In this document: positions 56,511 through 64,000 of the stretch, piece after piece
How positions within the stretch are numbered: position 1 is the first letter of the stretch
Layout of the letters: every line of letters starts with the position of its first letter
Source: a virus
Length of the DNA: 64,000 nucleotides
Direction: 5' to 3' (one strand)
Virus record (IMG/VR): IMGVR_UViG_3300022074_000005
Notes under the pieces: generated by a model
What the model was told of the DNA's origin: nothing
Database searches by the model: none
What the model saw: the letters and a program-made list of their open reading frames with translations, nothing else
Translations under genes and position numbers: made by a program

Positions 56511-57640
56511 GAATGCTTGCCCATTGTAGGTTCTGCAAAATCCATACAGTATTGTATATGTTTTAAGTCTTCTTTAGTTTTTAGAAAATATATCTCTTGA
56601 GCAAAATGTAATTCTACATTATTTTCTAATGCTAAATTTAGTAACTCATTACGTCTTTCTGCATTATCTGTTAAACTGTACATACTACAAAGCACAATAC
56701 CATCTGGCTTTACTTCTTTTATGTAATGTTCTAAATTAGGTTGCCAATCAAGATACTCGTTTTCAAACTCATAACTAGAATACTTTATGTTAAATTTTTT
56801 ACAATAGTCATCTATTGTTGCTCTTTGCATATACTTAGGAAGACCTTTACTAAATCTACTATTCCATGCCTCGTAAGTAATGAAGTGTTTACCTGTATAA
56901 TCATGATTTTCATCTGATCTATGATCACCAGGCACTCTAAAGTAACCACCAGGATATCTTCTATCGTGTTCCTCACCTTCGAGTAAGATACGCATGTCTA
57001 TCGCAACTCTAGTATATCCCTCTTCGTTGTTTATGTTACCGTGCATATGTTCTTGCCAAAACAAATGACTTTGCCCAGGTTTGAGTTCGACAGGGTATGC
57101 CGCATCAAGACATACTTTTTCAAATTTATCTAAATCCCATTTTTCCTCTATGACTTTTTTTGTAATCTCACAACTCTTTTTCCAATCTATAAACCAAACT
57201 GAAGCTGTATTTGTTGCCAAAGTTAATGGAGTCCAAAAGGTTCTAATTCCTCTACCGTTTCCTACAAATACACCTTGATGAAAATTTAATCTTCTACCTG
57301 ATTTAGCTTGATTAGGAATTACTACTCTAAGGGTTCCTTGCCTTTGAATCATATATCTTTTATTATCTATTCTAGGTGGTGCATACTCTGCTAAGAAAGC
57401 TTCAAACAATTCCATGAAGTCCTTACGTAAACAAGCGTTTTGAACATACATTTGTAAATCGACTACCTCTGTAGGTGTCAATACTTCATGAATTTTTTCT
57501 AATTCTTTTACTTGTGGAAATTTTTCTTGTATTGTTCTTAGTGCCCAACCTGGCAAATCGTATTTTTTTAAATCATAATTTAATGTCGCATTATCCCAAT
57601 GTTTACCAACATTGTCTAACATCCACTCTCTACTTTCCAT
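56501..57640 (-). CDS. fusion of 2OG-Fe(II) oxygenase-like and LIC12192-like 'sporadic carbohydrate cluster' domains
   Basis: N-terminal TLRV...FHQG...WTPL...HMHGNINN..G.TRVAIDMR; C-terminal QRATIDDYC...DGIVLCSMYSL...ELHFAQE. Confidence 0.65.
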   Translation of the reverse strand: MESREWMLDNVGKHWDNATLNYDLKKYDLPGWALRTIQEKFPQVKELEKIHEVLTPTEVVDLQMYVQNACLRKDFMELFEAFLAEYAPPRIDNKRYMIQRQGTLRVVIPNQAKSGRRLNFHQGVFVGNGRGIRTFWTPLTLATNTASVWFIDWKKSCEITKKVIEEKWDLDKFEKVCLDAAYPVELKPGQSHLFWQEHMHGNINNEEGYTRVAIDMRILLEGEEHDRRYPGGYFRVPGDHRSDENHDYTGKHFITYEAWNSRFSKGLPKYMQRATIDDYCKKFNIKYSSYEFENEYLDWQPNLEHYIKEVKPDGIVLCSMYSLTDNAERRNELLNLALENNVELHFAQEIYFLKTKEDLKHIQYCMDFAEPTMGKHSWQ

Positions 57641-57650
57641 AATATCTCCT

Positions 57651-57884
57651 TTATATTGGTAGTTTACCTACCCCATTATCTTTTGTCTTGATAAGTTTTA
57701 GTATGGATGCGTCAGCCTCAATCTTTTGTTTAAGTGCTTTTGTAATTAACTTTCTTACAGTTTCCACATCCATATTATTTATATCGCAATAGTACATAAC
57801 AGAATCTAAATGATTTAGATTCTTTTCAATACATATCTTCTCTATTTCTAAAGAAAACTTTTTAGGCGTCAGCTTCGTAAGCAT
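57651..57884 (-). CDS. gp33: late promoter transcription coactivator
   Basis: FSLEIEK...LDSVMYYC..NNMDVETV.KLI.K.LK.KIEADA..L; start reassigned to 57884. Confidence 0.88.
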   Translation of the reverse strand: MLTKLTPKKFSLEIEKICIEKNLNHLDSVMYYCDINNMDVETVRKLITKALKQKIEADASILKLIKTKDNGVGKLPI

Positions 57885-58287
57885 CAAGTGTCCTCTGAAA
57901 TTTGCCAGCATGAGACTTTTCTGCTTTTGCTAATGTTTCAAACCAATCTGCGATTTCATCAAAACCTTCGTCTCTAGCAGTTCTTGCCATGCCAGGATAC
58001 ATATCAGTATATTCGTGTGTCTCACCTTTTATAGCTGATTGTAAGTTTTGTTTAGTTTCGCCCATAGGTTCACCAGTTGCTGGGTCACCTACTTCTTCTA
58101 GATATTCCATATGACCATGAGCATGACCTGTCTCTCCCTCTGCTGTGCTTCGGAATACTTGAGCCACATCTGGTGCTCCCTCTATATCTGCTTTTTGTGC
58201 AAAATAAAGATAACGTCTGTTTGCTTGACTTTCGCCTGAAAAGGCTTCTTTTAGATTTTCTGCTGTTTTACTGTCTTTTAGATTCAT
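57862..58287 (-). CDS. rubrerythrin (erythrin-type, no rubredoxin domain)
   Basis: [47 protein letters not shown]. Confidence 0.93.
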   Translation of the reverse strand: MNLKDSKTAENLKEAFSGESQANRRYLYFAQKADIEGAPDVAQVFRSTAEGETGHAHGHMEYLEEVGDPATGEPMGETKQNLQSAIKGETHEYTDMYPGMARTARDEGFDEIADWFETLAKAEKSHAGKFQRTLDAYEADA

Positions 58288-58312
58288 AATATTCTCACTA
58301 TTAATTAATTAA

Positions 58313-58545
58313 GTGCCTGTTTCTGTTGCTAGGTACAGGCAAACCCCGAAGAATTAAGCCGCTAGGCTGTATTCTCCATATGCAAAATTATTGTTTGCAT
58401 CTATGGTTGTGAATCCTCAGCTAAGATACTCGTCAGTAGTCGAAACCTATTTCACCCCCTAAGTCGAGGTTATCTAGGTTTGGTGGAGGTGTAGGGTATC
58501 GCACCCTAGTCCTAACTGCATTTCTACAAAGCGTCACCGAACTCA
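58313..58545 (-). ncRNA. ssrA: two-piece (circularly permuted) tmRNA
   Basis: Acceptor piece ends CACCTCCACCA (58481); coding piece starts GGGGGTGAAATAGGTTTCGAC (58459); G3-U70 acceptor stem; tag ANNNFAYGEYSLAA* (58398-58354); outer ends approximate. Confidence 0.92.
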
Positions 58546-58549
58546 ATTT

Positions 58550-58580
58550 TATTTATACCACATTTGGGTTATAATGTCAA
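58550..58580 (-). promoter_or_regulatory. dual sigma70/late promoter of tmRNA
   Basis: TTGACA-17 bp-TATAAA; the -10 is also a perfect TATAAATA. Confidence 0.8.
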
Positions 58581-59003
58581 GAGCTTTCTTACATTTACAG
58601 ATGTATTTTCAGGTAACTCACCTTCTAATATCTGAAAACCTTGTCCTATTGCTAATACACATGCCATATTCCAATTAGGATGAAACTCAAAAATTGTAAA
58701 CGTTTGAGTTGTAATATTTACAGCAGTAAACACCCATACATAAATTTTAGAACCATCATCTTTCATCAATTGTCCTTGCCCCATAAATGCTCTATACTCG
58801 CCTTTTCTTTCTAGAACATCAATAAAGGCATCGCCTTGTTGACATAGATGTGGTTTAGTTATCATAAATGGTCTTGTGTCTTCCAGCATACCTTCTGGTG
58901 ACATTTTCATTTCTGGTTGTGTTGATTTTGTATCTGGTGTATTTGCTACTGCATTAACGCCAAAAACAAAAACCAAACTAAGTATTATTAGTAATTGTTT
59001 CAT
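58569..59003 (-). CDS. hypothetical secreted/periplasmic protein
   Basis: Signal peptide MKQLLIILSLVFVFGVNAVA; two Cys. Confidence 0.65.
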   Translation of the reverse strand: MKQLLIILSLVFVFGVNAVANTPDTKSTQPEMKMSPEGMLEDTRPFMITKPHLCQQGDAFIDVLERKGEYRAFMGQGQLMKDDGSKIYVWVFTAVNITTQTFTIFEFHPNWNMACVLAIGQGFQILEGELPENTSVNVRKLLTL

Positions 59004-59664
59004 GGCTTATTTCCTTATTGAACTCAGTAGTGATTTCTTCTATCATCGGAACATAAGTCTTCTTGTCTTTGATAAATTCTTGCACTACGCCGTCCGCTGT
59101 TACGACCAAAATAACAATCTGGTCGATTGATTGAGCAGTTCGCTCTTCAAACATTTCGGCGTAGGCAGATGCTTGGATATAATAGTTTTGATTGTATTCA
59201 TCGCTACGTTCTCTTGATGCCGTCTTAAAATCAATCACCGACAAGATGCCGTTGTATTCAGCAATGCAATCAACCCTACCTGCTAATTTATATTTATCTG
59301 AATACAAGCTACACTCTTGAGCTCTAATGTTGTCAATGTTGCATAGAACCTTTGTGCTTAACTGTTGGAACAAACAATATGGTAAAAAATCTTTTTTAGC
59401 TTTATCAATATCAAACGTATTATTAAGATAATCTTCGCACATACCGTGAACCTTAGTACCTCTTGACGCAGCTGTTCTAGAAATATAATTAGCGACATCT
59501 TCACCCACCCGTTTACGCCATTCGAACAAACCTTTTTTGTTTCTTACTGACAAAACAGTTGTAATTGAGGGATACTTATTTCCCTCTGGTGTTATGTAAT
59601 ATCTTTTTTTATTAATATTTTCTGTTGACAATTCTGCCAACGTCACAGGTACATGATTAAACAA
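58978..59664 (-). CDS. PD-(D/E)XK exonuclease
   Basis: YPSITTVL, RGTKVH, AGRVDCI..IDFKT, YYIQASAYA. Confidence 0.88.
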   Translation of the reverse strand: MFNHVPVTLAELSTENINKKRYYITPEGNKYPSITTVLSVRNKKGLFEWRKRVGEDVANYISRTAASRGTKVHGMCEDYLNNTFDIDKAKKDFLPYCLFQQLSTKVLCNIDNIRAQECSLYSDKYKLAGRVDCIAEYNGILSVIDFKTASRERSDEYNQNYYIQASAYAEMFEERTAQSIDQIVILVVTADGVVQEFIKDKKTYVPMIEEITTEFNKEISHETITNNT

Positions 59665-60106
59665 TTCCTACCGTCCTCATTCTATCAACTAATCGTTGAG
59701 CTCTATTTGTTACTTGTCGATACCAACCTGAGTCTACCATTTCGTCTGCAGCCTTTTGCCAATCTTGACTATCAACACCAGCTTTCATTCCTTTAAATTT
59801 AGAAAGTCTTGGTCTTCCCATGTTAAACATCATATTTGCTATTATTTGTTGTACTTCTTCTGGTAGATTGTCAAAATCTGGGTATAAAATCTTACATTCA
59901 TCTATCATAACTTGACAATCTTTATCAAATAATTCTTTTACTCTTTCCTCTGATATAGCTGTTCCTACTGGTTCGCCATGCTCTGGGTCTGACTCTAAAA
60001 TTAAATGTCCAATACCACAAGTTGGGTATCCTAAATGATCTTTATATATTTCGTATTTTACACCTTCATCTATTTCTAATTGTTCTCTTAATTTATCAAT
60101 ATCCAT
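59657..60106 (-). CDS. T4-type lysozyme (GH24) endolysin
   Basis: DEGVKYEIYKDHLGYPTCGIGHL, NMMFNMG, EMVDSGWYRQVTNRA. Confidence 0.92.
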   Translation of the reverse strand: MDIDKLREQLEIDEGVKYEIYKDHLGYPTCGIGHLILESDPEHGEPVGTAISEERVKELFDKDCQVMIDECKILYPDFDNLPEEVQQIIANMMFNMGRPRLSKFKGMKAGVDSQDWQKAADEMVDSGWYRQVTNRAQRLVDRMRTVGIV

Positions 60107-60108
60107 GA

Positions 60109-60828
60109 TTACTCCATTCCAAATCCAAGTTTGGTTTTTTCGATTAAATATTCTCTTATAAAACCAGAACGTACAATATCAGCTATTGTAAATTCAGTTA
60201 CATTAAAAGATTTCATATTTTCTAATATTCTCATAAAATCATGTAAACCATTTCTATCATTTGTCTTGAGTAAATCAGTTTGAAAAAAATCACCTGCAAA
60301 ACATATCTTAGAGTTTTGACCAACTCTGGTAATTATTGTATCTAATTCATGGAAGTTTAAATTTTGACATTCATCAACAATTATAATTGAGTTATCAAAA
60401 GTTAATCCTCTTAGAAATGAAGTTGACATAAAGTACATTGAACCTTGATTAATCAATCTATCATATAACATATTGAAAGCTTGTTCGTTTGGTTGTTGAA
60501 ACATAAACTGAACCATGTTTCTATATGGTATTTGATATAATGCTGACTTATCCTCTTCGTCACCAGGTAAGAATCCAATCTCCCTTGTAGGAATAAGTGA
60601 TCGCACCACAACTACTTTATCGTATTTTGATTTTATATTAAGAACATCTTGAAATGCTTTATATAAAAGAATAAAAGTTTTACCTGTTCCAGCTGCCCCA
60701 AAGACAAACTGGTTCATGTCTTTATCCCAAGTATCAAAAACTGCCTGTTGGTTTTCACCAATAGGTTTTATCTTGAGCATATCTGTTATTTGTAAATCTT
60801 TATTTTTTGACATAACTTTCAGTACCAC
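60109..60828 (-). CDS. phoH: PhoH-like ATPase
   Basis: GAAGTGKT, IGFLPG, FLRGLTF, IIVDECQN, GDFFQTDL, DIVRSG; real start may be 60813. Confidence 0.95.
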   Translation of the reverse strand: MVLKVMSKNKDLQITDMLKIKPIGENQQAVFDTWDKDMNQFVFGAAGTGKTFILLYKAFQDVLNIKSKYDKVVVVRSLIPTREIGFLPGDEEDKSALYQIPYRNMVQFMFQQPNEQAFNMLYDRLINQGSMYFMSTSFLRGLTFDNSIIIVDECQNLNFHELDTIITRVGQNSKICFAGDFFQTDLLKTNDRNGLHDFMRILENMKSFNVTEFTIADIVRSGFIREYLIEKTKLGFGME

Positions 60829-61030
60829 TCTTATCGAAGTATTTATTAATCATTTGCAATAAATCATCATAATCAGCGATTATTCTGACCTCTTTTTCTA
60901 TTGTTTCAATAACGTCTGGGTGCTCTGCTATTCCCATAGGTTTTTGTAACAATACTTCTACGTTTGCAATATGTTTATCGATATGACCTTGAGCATGTGA
61001 CTTGAAAGCTTTGAGTATAGTATCTCTCAT
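60800..61030 (-). CDS. conserved hypothetical protein
   Basis: HAQGHIDKHIANVEVLL..PMGIAEHPDV pattern. Confidence 0.7.
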   Translation of the reverse strand: MRDTILKAFKSHAQGHIDKHIANVEVLLQKPMGIAEHPDVIETIEKEVRIIADYDDLLQMINKYFDKSGTESYVKK

Positions 61031-61326
61031 TTTATAAGTCCTCGTTTCCTTAGTATGCTTTTTGCTTTTAGTTTACCATGTGATTCACCAGAACCAAATC
61101 TATCTGCAAGAGGTGAGTTAGGATGATTTTCAGCTACTTTTTGTAAAACTTCTTTCATCCCACCATCTTGTTTGATTCTATCTCCCACACTACCAACAAT
61201 GTTTATAGGTGTTGGCATTTGTTTGTATCTAGGATTATCTTTTAAAAACTTTTCTAACTCATCCCAGCTACAAAATTCTTCGTATAAATCCTCTGTCTTT
61301 GTATCACGTATAATATATGTTGGCAT
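61027..61326 (-). CDS. conserved T4-like hypothetical protein (degenerate FmdB-like)
   Basis: MPTY..RDTKT...FLKDNP, GMKEVLQKV...HP. Confidence 0.7.
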   Translation of the reverse strand: MPTYIIRDTKTEDLYEEFCSWDELEKFLKDNPRYKQMPTPINIVGSVGDRIKQDGGMKEVLQKVAENHPNSPLADRFGSGESHGKLKAKSILRKRGLIK

Positions 61327-61616
61327 TATTTAACTTCCATATCTTCGCTTAAGACTAAAGGTTTTTTTAATTTATCTCTTAATTCACTATTCTCTTTTCT
61401 AAGTTCTCTGACAGTAGATATTTTTTGTCTTAGTTCGCCATTTGTTTCTTGATGAAATCTATTCATGTTTTCTAATCTTTTTATCTCTTTAATTAAATCT
61501 TCCTTAGTCAAATTATCAAAATTTGTTATTCTAGGATGATCGTCAACTACGTAATTCTTTATATCCTTTGTCATACCAAATCGGAACCTCCCTATTCTTC
61601 CATGTTGCAAATTCAT
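61326..61616 (-). CDS. coiled-coil hypothetical protein
   Basis: HQETNGELR coiled coil; start uncertain. Confidence 0.55.
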   Translation of the reverse strand: MNLQHGRIGRFRFGMTKDIKNYVVDDHPRITNFDNLTKEDLIKEIKRLENMNRFHQETNGELRQKISTVRELRKENSELRDKLKKPLVLSEDMEVK

Positions 61617-62097
61617 TTTTATAGTTTATATAGTATTTTTTATATGCATCAATAACGTTTTCTGTTTTACAATCCTCTGGCATACATTGAGGTAATTCTG
61701 TTACTTGTCCATGTGGAATATTTTGAGGGCATCTTTGTAACCATAAAGATGGTTTACTTGCACCGTGTATTTTTCCATATCTATATTTAAATTCTGCTAA
61801 TGTTGCCATGTACAGAAAAAATAACTTATAGTAATTACCGCTTGTCTGTCTTACCCATATGCCATCGGGGTGTTTTACGTGTGATGCTTTATATAAAACA
61901 TCTTCTCTATCGTCATCAAGTCGCCATCGTTTTGCTTTACGACCTGTCTTAGTTTCACCAATATATTCTGTACCATCAAGAACCCTATGAGCAGTACTCA
62001 ATAACTGAGCATACTCAATAGGCATCTTGACAATGTGTTTATCACAATGCATTTCTGCACATACACCAGGATTCTCATGTAGTTCAAAAATGTTCAT
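61543..62097 (-). CDS. pyrimidine dimer DNA glycosylase-like (DenV-related) protein
   Basis: MNIFEL...HCDKHIVKM.IEYAQLLSTAH, HP..IWVR, EFKYRYGKIH, PQCMP. Confidence 0.75.
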   Translation of the reverse strand: MNIFELHENPGVCAEMHCDKHIVKMPIEYAQLLSTAHRVLDGTEYIGETKTGRKAKRWRLDDDREDVLYKASHVKHPDGIWVRQTSGNYYKLFFLYMATLAEFKYRYGKIHGASKPSLWLQRCPQNIPHGQVTELPQCMPEDCKTENVIDAYKKYYINYKNEFATWKNREVPIWYDKGYKELRS

Positions 62098-62103
62098 ATG
62101 ATA

Positions 62104-62781
62104 TTACTCTACACTAGATTCAGGTTGTTTGTCAACCTCTATAATCTCTGTAATATTCTTTTCAATATTAGCTAGAGATTGTGCTTCCTCTGTTTCGAGT
62201 TTTTTATTAACTTCTTTTTCAAGTTCTATCCAAGCCTTTTTAGACTTTAGTTTAGAATAGACCATTTGATCTTTCTTGATTCTGTTAATAATTATTTTTT
62301 GTGCCTCGATATCAGAATACTTTAACAAGACGTATGCTGTGTATTGAGCACCGCTAGAATGTATTTCGATTTTCTCTGGGTAATATCCAGCGACATCTAC
62401 AGAAGCAACAACATTTTTAGTTGCCTTCTCAAACTCTGTAAGAGTTGTAGCATTGATATCATCATCCGTACCTAATCTAGTTACAAATGTTTTTATCATC
62501 GCATCCATTTTACCATTGATTCTATCTGCTAAAACATACTTAGCATTCATTGTTGCTAAGTCAACAGATAATTGTAAATCTGGTGCAGTTGCAGCTCCAG
62601 CAGTAAAAATTATATCCTTTTTATTAGGAAGTTTTTTATACCATTTTGGAATTTCAACTATCGTTTGATTTACTTTTTTTTCTTTATGTTCGAGTATAGC
62701 TGTTGTCGGACTTTTCACCGCACAACCAGTTAAAACAAGACCACCAAGAATAAACATTGATATTAGTTTCAAGTGTTTCAT
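62104..62781 (-). CDS. lipoprotein (LPP20-like)
   Basis: Lipobox LTGC; IPKWY; SVDLATMNAK..LAD. Confidence 0.75.
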   Translation of the reverse strand: MKHLKLISMFILGGLVLTGCAVKSPTTAILEHKEKKVNQTIVEIPKWYKKLPNKKDIIFTAGAATAPDLQLSVDLATMNAKYVLADRINGKMDAMIKTFVTRLGTDDDINATTLTEFEKATKNVVASVDVAGYYPEKIEIHSSGAQYTAYVLLKYSDIEAQKIIINRIKKDQMVYSKLKSKKAWIELEKEVNKKLETEEAQSLANIEKNITEIIEVDKQPESSVE

Positions 62782-62915
62782 GATTTAAGACCCTCCAATG
62801 TGTCTATTGCTTTATCAGTTGCGCCAGATTCATTCAGAAAATTTAGTATGTCTGGCAACAATCCAAATTTTACTATACAGATACCGATTACGATACCTAT
62901 TATAATTTTAATCAT
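62778..62915 (-). CDS. small membrane protein (45 aa, not in ORF track)
   Basis: MIKIIIGIVIGICIVKFGLLPD...; ATGA overlap with lipoprotein start. Confidence 0.55.
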   Translation of the reverse strand: MIKIIIGIVIGICIVKFGLLPDILNFLNESGATDKAIDTLEGLKS

Positions 62916-62916
62916 A

Positions 62917-63198
62917 TTAATTCATCCAATCATTATAAAAATCGGTCATTGATACCATTGGCCAACTGTTTTCAAATGCAACAGCTGTTGATTCAATTTT
63001 AGTATCGTTTGACTCGTGTTTAGTTTCACATACAAATGAAACTTCAGCACTTATTATTTCTTTTCCCTCATACTTTACTTTTTTAACAACATTACAATGT
63101 TCATAAGGGTCTGCAAGTGCAGTTAGACAATAAAACAATACCACCAAGACAGTTATAAACAAAAATGTATTATTAGGTCTCGGTGGCATATAACTCAT
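62917..63198 (-). CDS. hypothetical exported protein
   Basis: N-terminal hydrophobic segment, Cys pair. Confidence 0.55.
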   Translation of the reverse strand: MSYMPPRPNNTFLFITVLVVLFYCLTALADPYEHCNVVKKVKYEGKEIISAEVSFVCETKHESNDTKIESTAVAFENSWPMVSMTDFYNDWMN

Positions 63199-63201
63199 AA
63201 T

Positions 63202-63423
63202 CTAATCTTTTTTAGTTTTAAAAAGTTTACTCTCTGACCAAACTTTCTTTTGGTACGCTTTTGTTTTCTCAACTTCATTACCAAACCATGTAACTAATTT
63301 ACCTGGTACACTTGCGATTGTGTTAGCAAACTCTGAAACAGATGATGTATTATCATTTGCTTTTGCTATTGTTGTAAATGAAAATAATGTCAAGAAGAAC
63401 ATAATTATCACTTTTCTCATCAT
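63202..63423 (-). CDS. hypothetical exported protein
   Basis: Signal peptide ending AKA; SD AAGGT. Confidence 0.6.
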   Translation of the reverse strand: MMRKVIIMFFLTLFSFTTIAKANDNTSSVSEFANTIASVPGKLVTWFGNEVEKTKAYQKKVWSESKLFKTKKD

Positions 63424-63449
63424 ATACCTTTCTATTAAAACTAATAGTC

Positions 63450-63881
63450 TTAATTCGGTGTAGAGTTATAATAAGACTTAGAAAGAGTTCTTTGTTTTCT
63501 ATATGCTTCTCTTTCCCACGGCAACTTACTATAGCTAGTATTCTCTTTAATATATCTATTACGCCAACGATAGACACCTTTAATTGCATTGTCTGTCATT
63601 TCGTTTCTGGCGTATTGTTTTACATGCACCATTTCATGGCACAATGTTTTAACCATTTCGTCAAAACTTAATTTTTTTTCTATCTCTATTTCAAAATCTC
63701 TATTGTTCTCTTGCATTAAACAAGTTCCAACAGTATTTTCTTTTTTAGGAATTTTTTTAAAGACAACATTAATATCAAGAGTTCTCATTCTTGGCATCAA
63801 CTTTTGAATACAATGTTTTATAACGTCTCTAGCAACAGAATGTTGAAGTCTATTGCCATTCTTTGCTGTGATTATATTCAT
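63450..63881 (-). CDS. zinc metallopeptidase-like protein (HExxH)
   Basis: TLCHEMVHVKQY...PWEREAY. Confidence 0.8.
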   Translation of the reverse strand: MNIITAKNGNRLQHSVARDVIKHCIQKLMPRMRTLDINVVFKKIPKKENTVGTCLMQENNRDFEIEIEKKLSFDEMVKTLCHEMVHVKQYARNEMTDNAIKGVYRWRNRYIKENTSYSKLPWEREAYRKQRTLSKSYYNSTPN

Positions 63882-63902
63882 CGTCTCATTCCTCTTTCTA
63901 TT

Positions 63903-63931
63903 AATATACCTGGTTTTATCTTGATTGTCAA
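63903..63931 (-). promoter_or_regulatory. sigma70-like early promoter
   Basis: TTGACA-17 bp-TATATT then SD GAGG. Confidence 0.75.
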
Positions 63932-64000
63932 TAGTATTTATTTTTTCAACTTTTGATTTTATAAGTCTTTTTGAACCAGTCTCGTCATAATTATTGGAAT

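Noticed and set aside
58481-58515. tRNA gene or tRNA 3' half (att site)
   Set aside because: The CCA end and T-arm pair with a downstream 5' segment carrying a tag ORF, so it is part of the permuted tmRNA; there is no anticodon arm
58978-59664. Cas4 / CRISPR-associated nuclease
   Set aside because: Lacks the Fe-S Cys cluster and cas context; it is the usual exonuclease near phoH in marine T4-like phages
10-64000. Alternative genetic code (stop-codon recoding)
   Set aside because: Core genes are full length under the standard bacterial code, with TAA, TAG and TGA all used as stops

Overview
AT-rich segment of a T4-like myovirus genome. It resembles marine alphaproteobacterial (SAR11/SAR116-type) myophages and cyanomyophages; the host is inferred, mainly from an alpha-type tmRNA. 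It carries most of the virion morphogenesis module (gp21, 67, 20, 19, 18, 17, 16, 15, 14, 13, fibres, VrlC-like, gp8, 7, 6, 25, 5, then gp53, 48, 4, 2, 54, 26, 51 and tape measure). It also has an early/accessory region with sigma70-like promoters (35.6-45 kb) and gp32/gp59/gp33, rubrerythrin, exonuclease, lysozyme and PhoH. The main signals missed by the ORF track are: (1) a compact circularly permuted two-piece tmRNA (58313-58545, minus) with tag ANNNFAYGEYSLAA; (2) a U_UUU_UUA slippery site that would fuse gp26 to gp51 by a -1 frameshift just upstream of the tape measure gene; (3) a ~0.8 kb non-coding island (37.3-38.1 kb) with three tandem promoters feeding strand-specific RNA hairpins; (4) radical-SAM, glycosyltransferase and sugar-epimerase genes inserted into the late packaging/neck operon, suggesting a virion or surface-glycan modification system. 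All calls come from motif recognition and synteny; no database searches were run.
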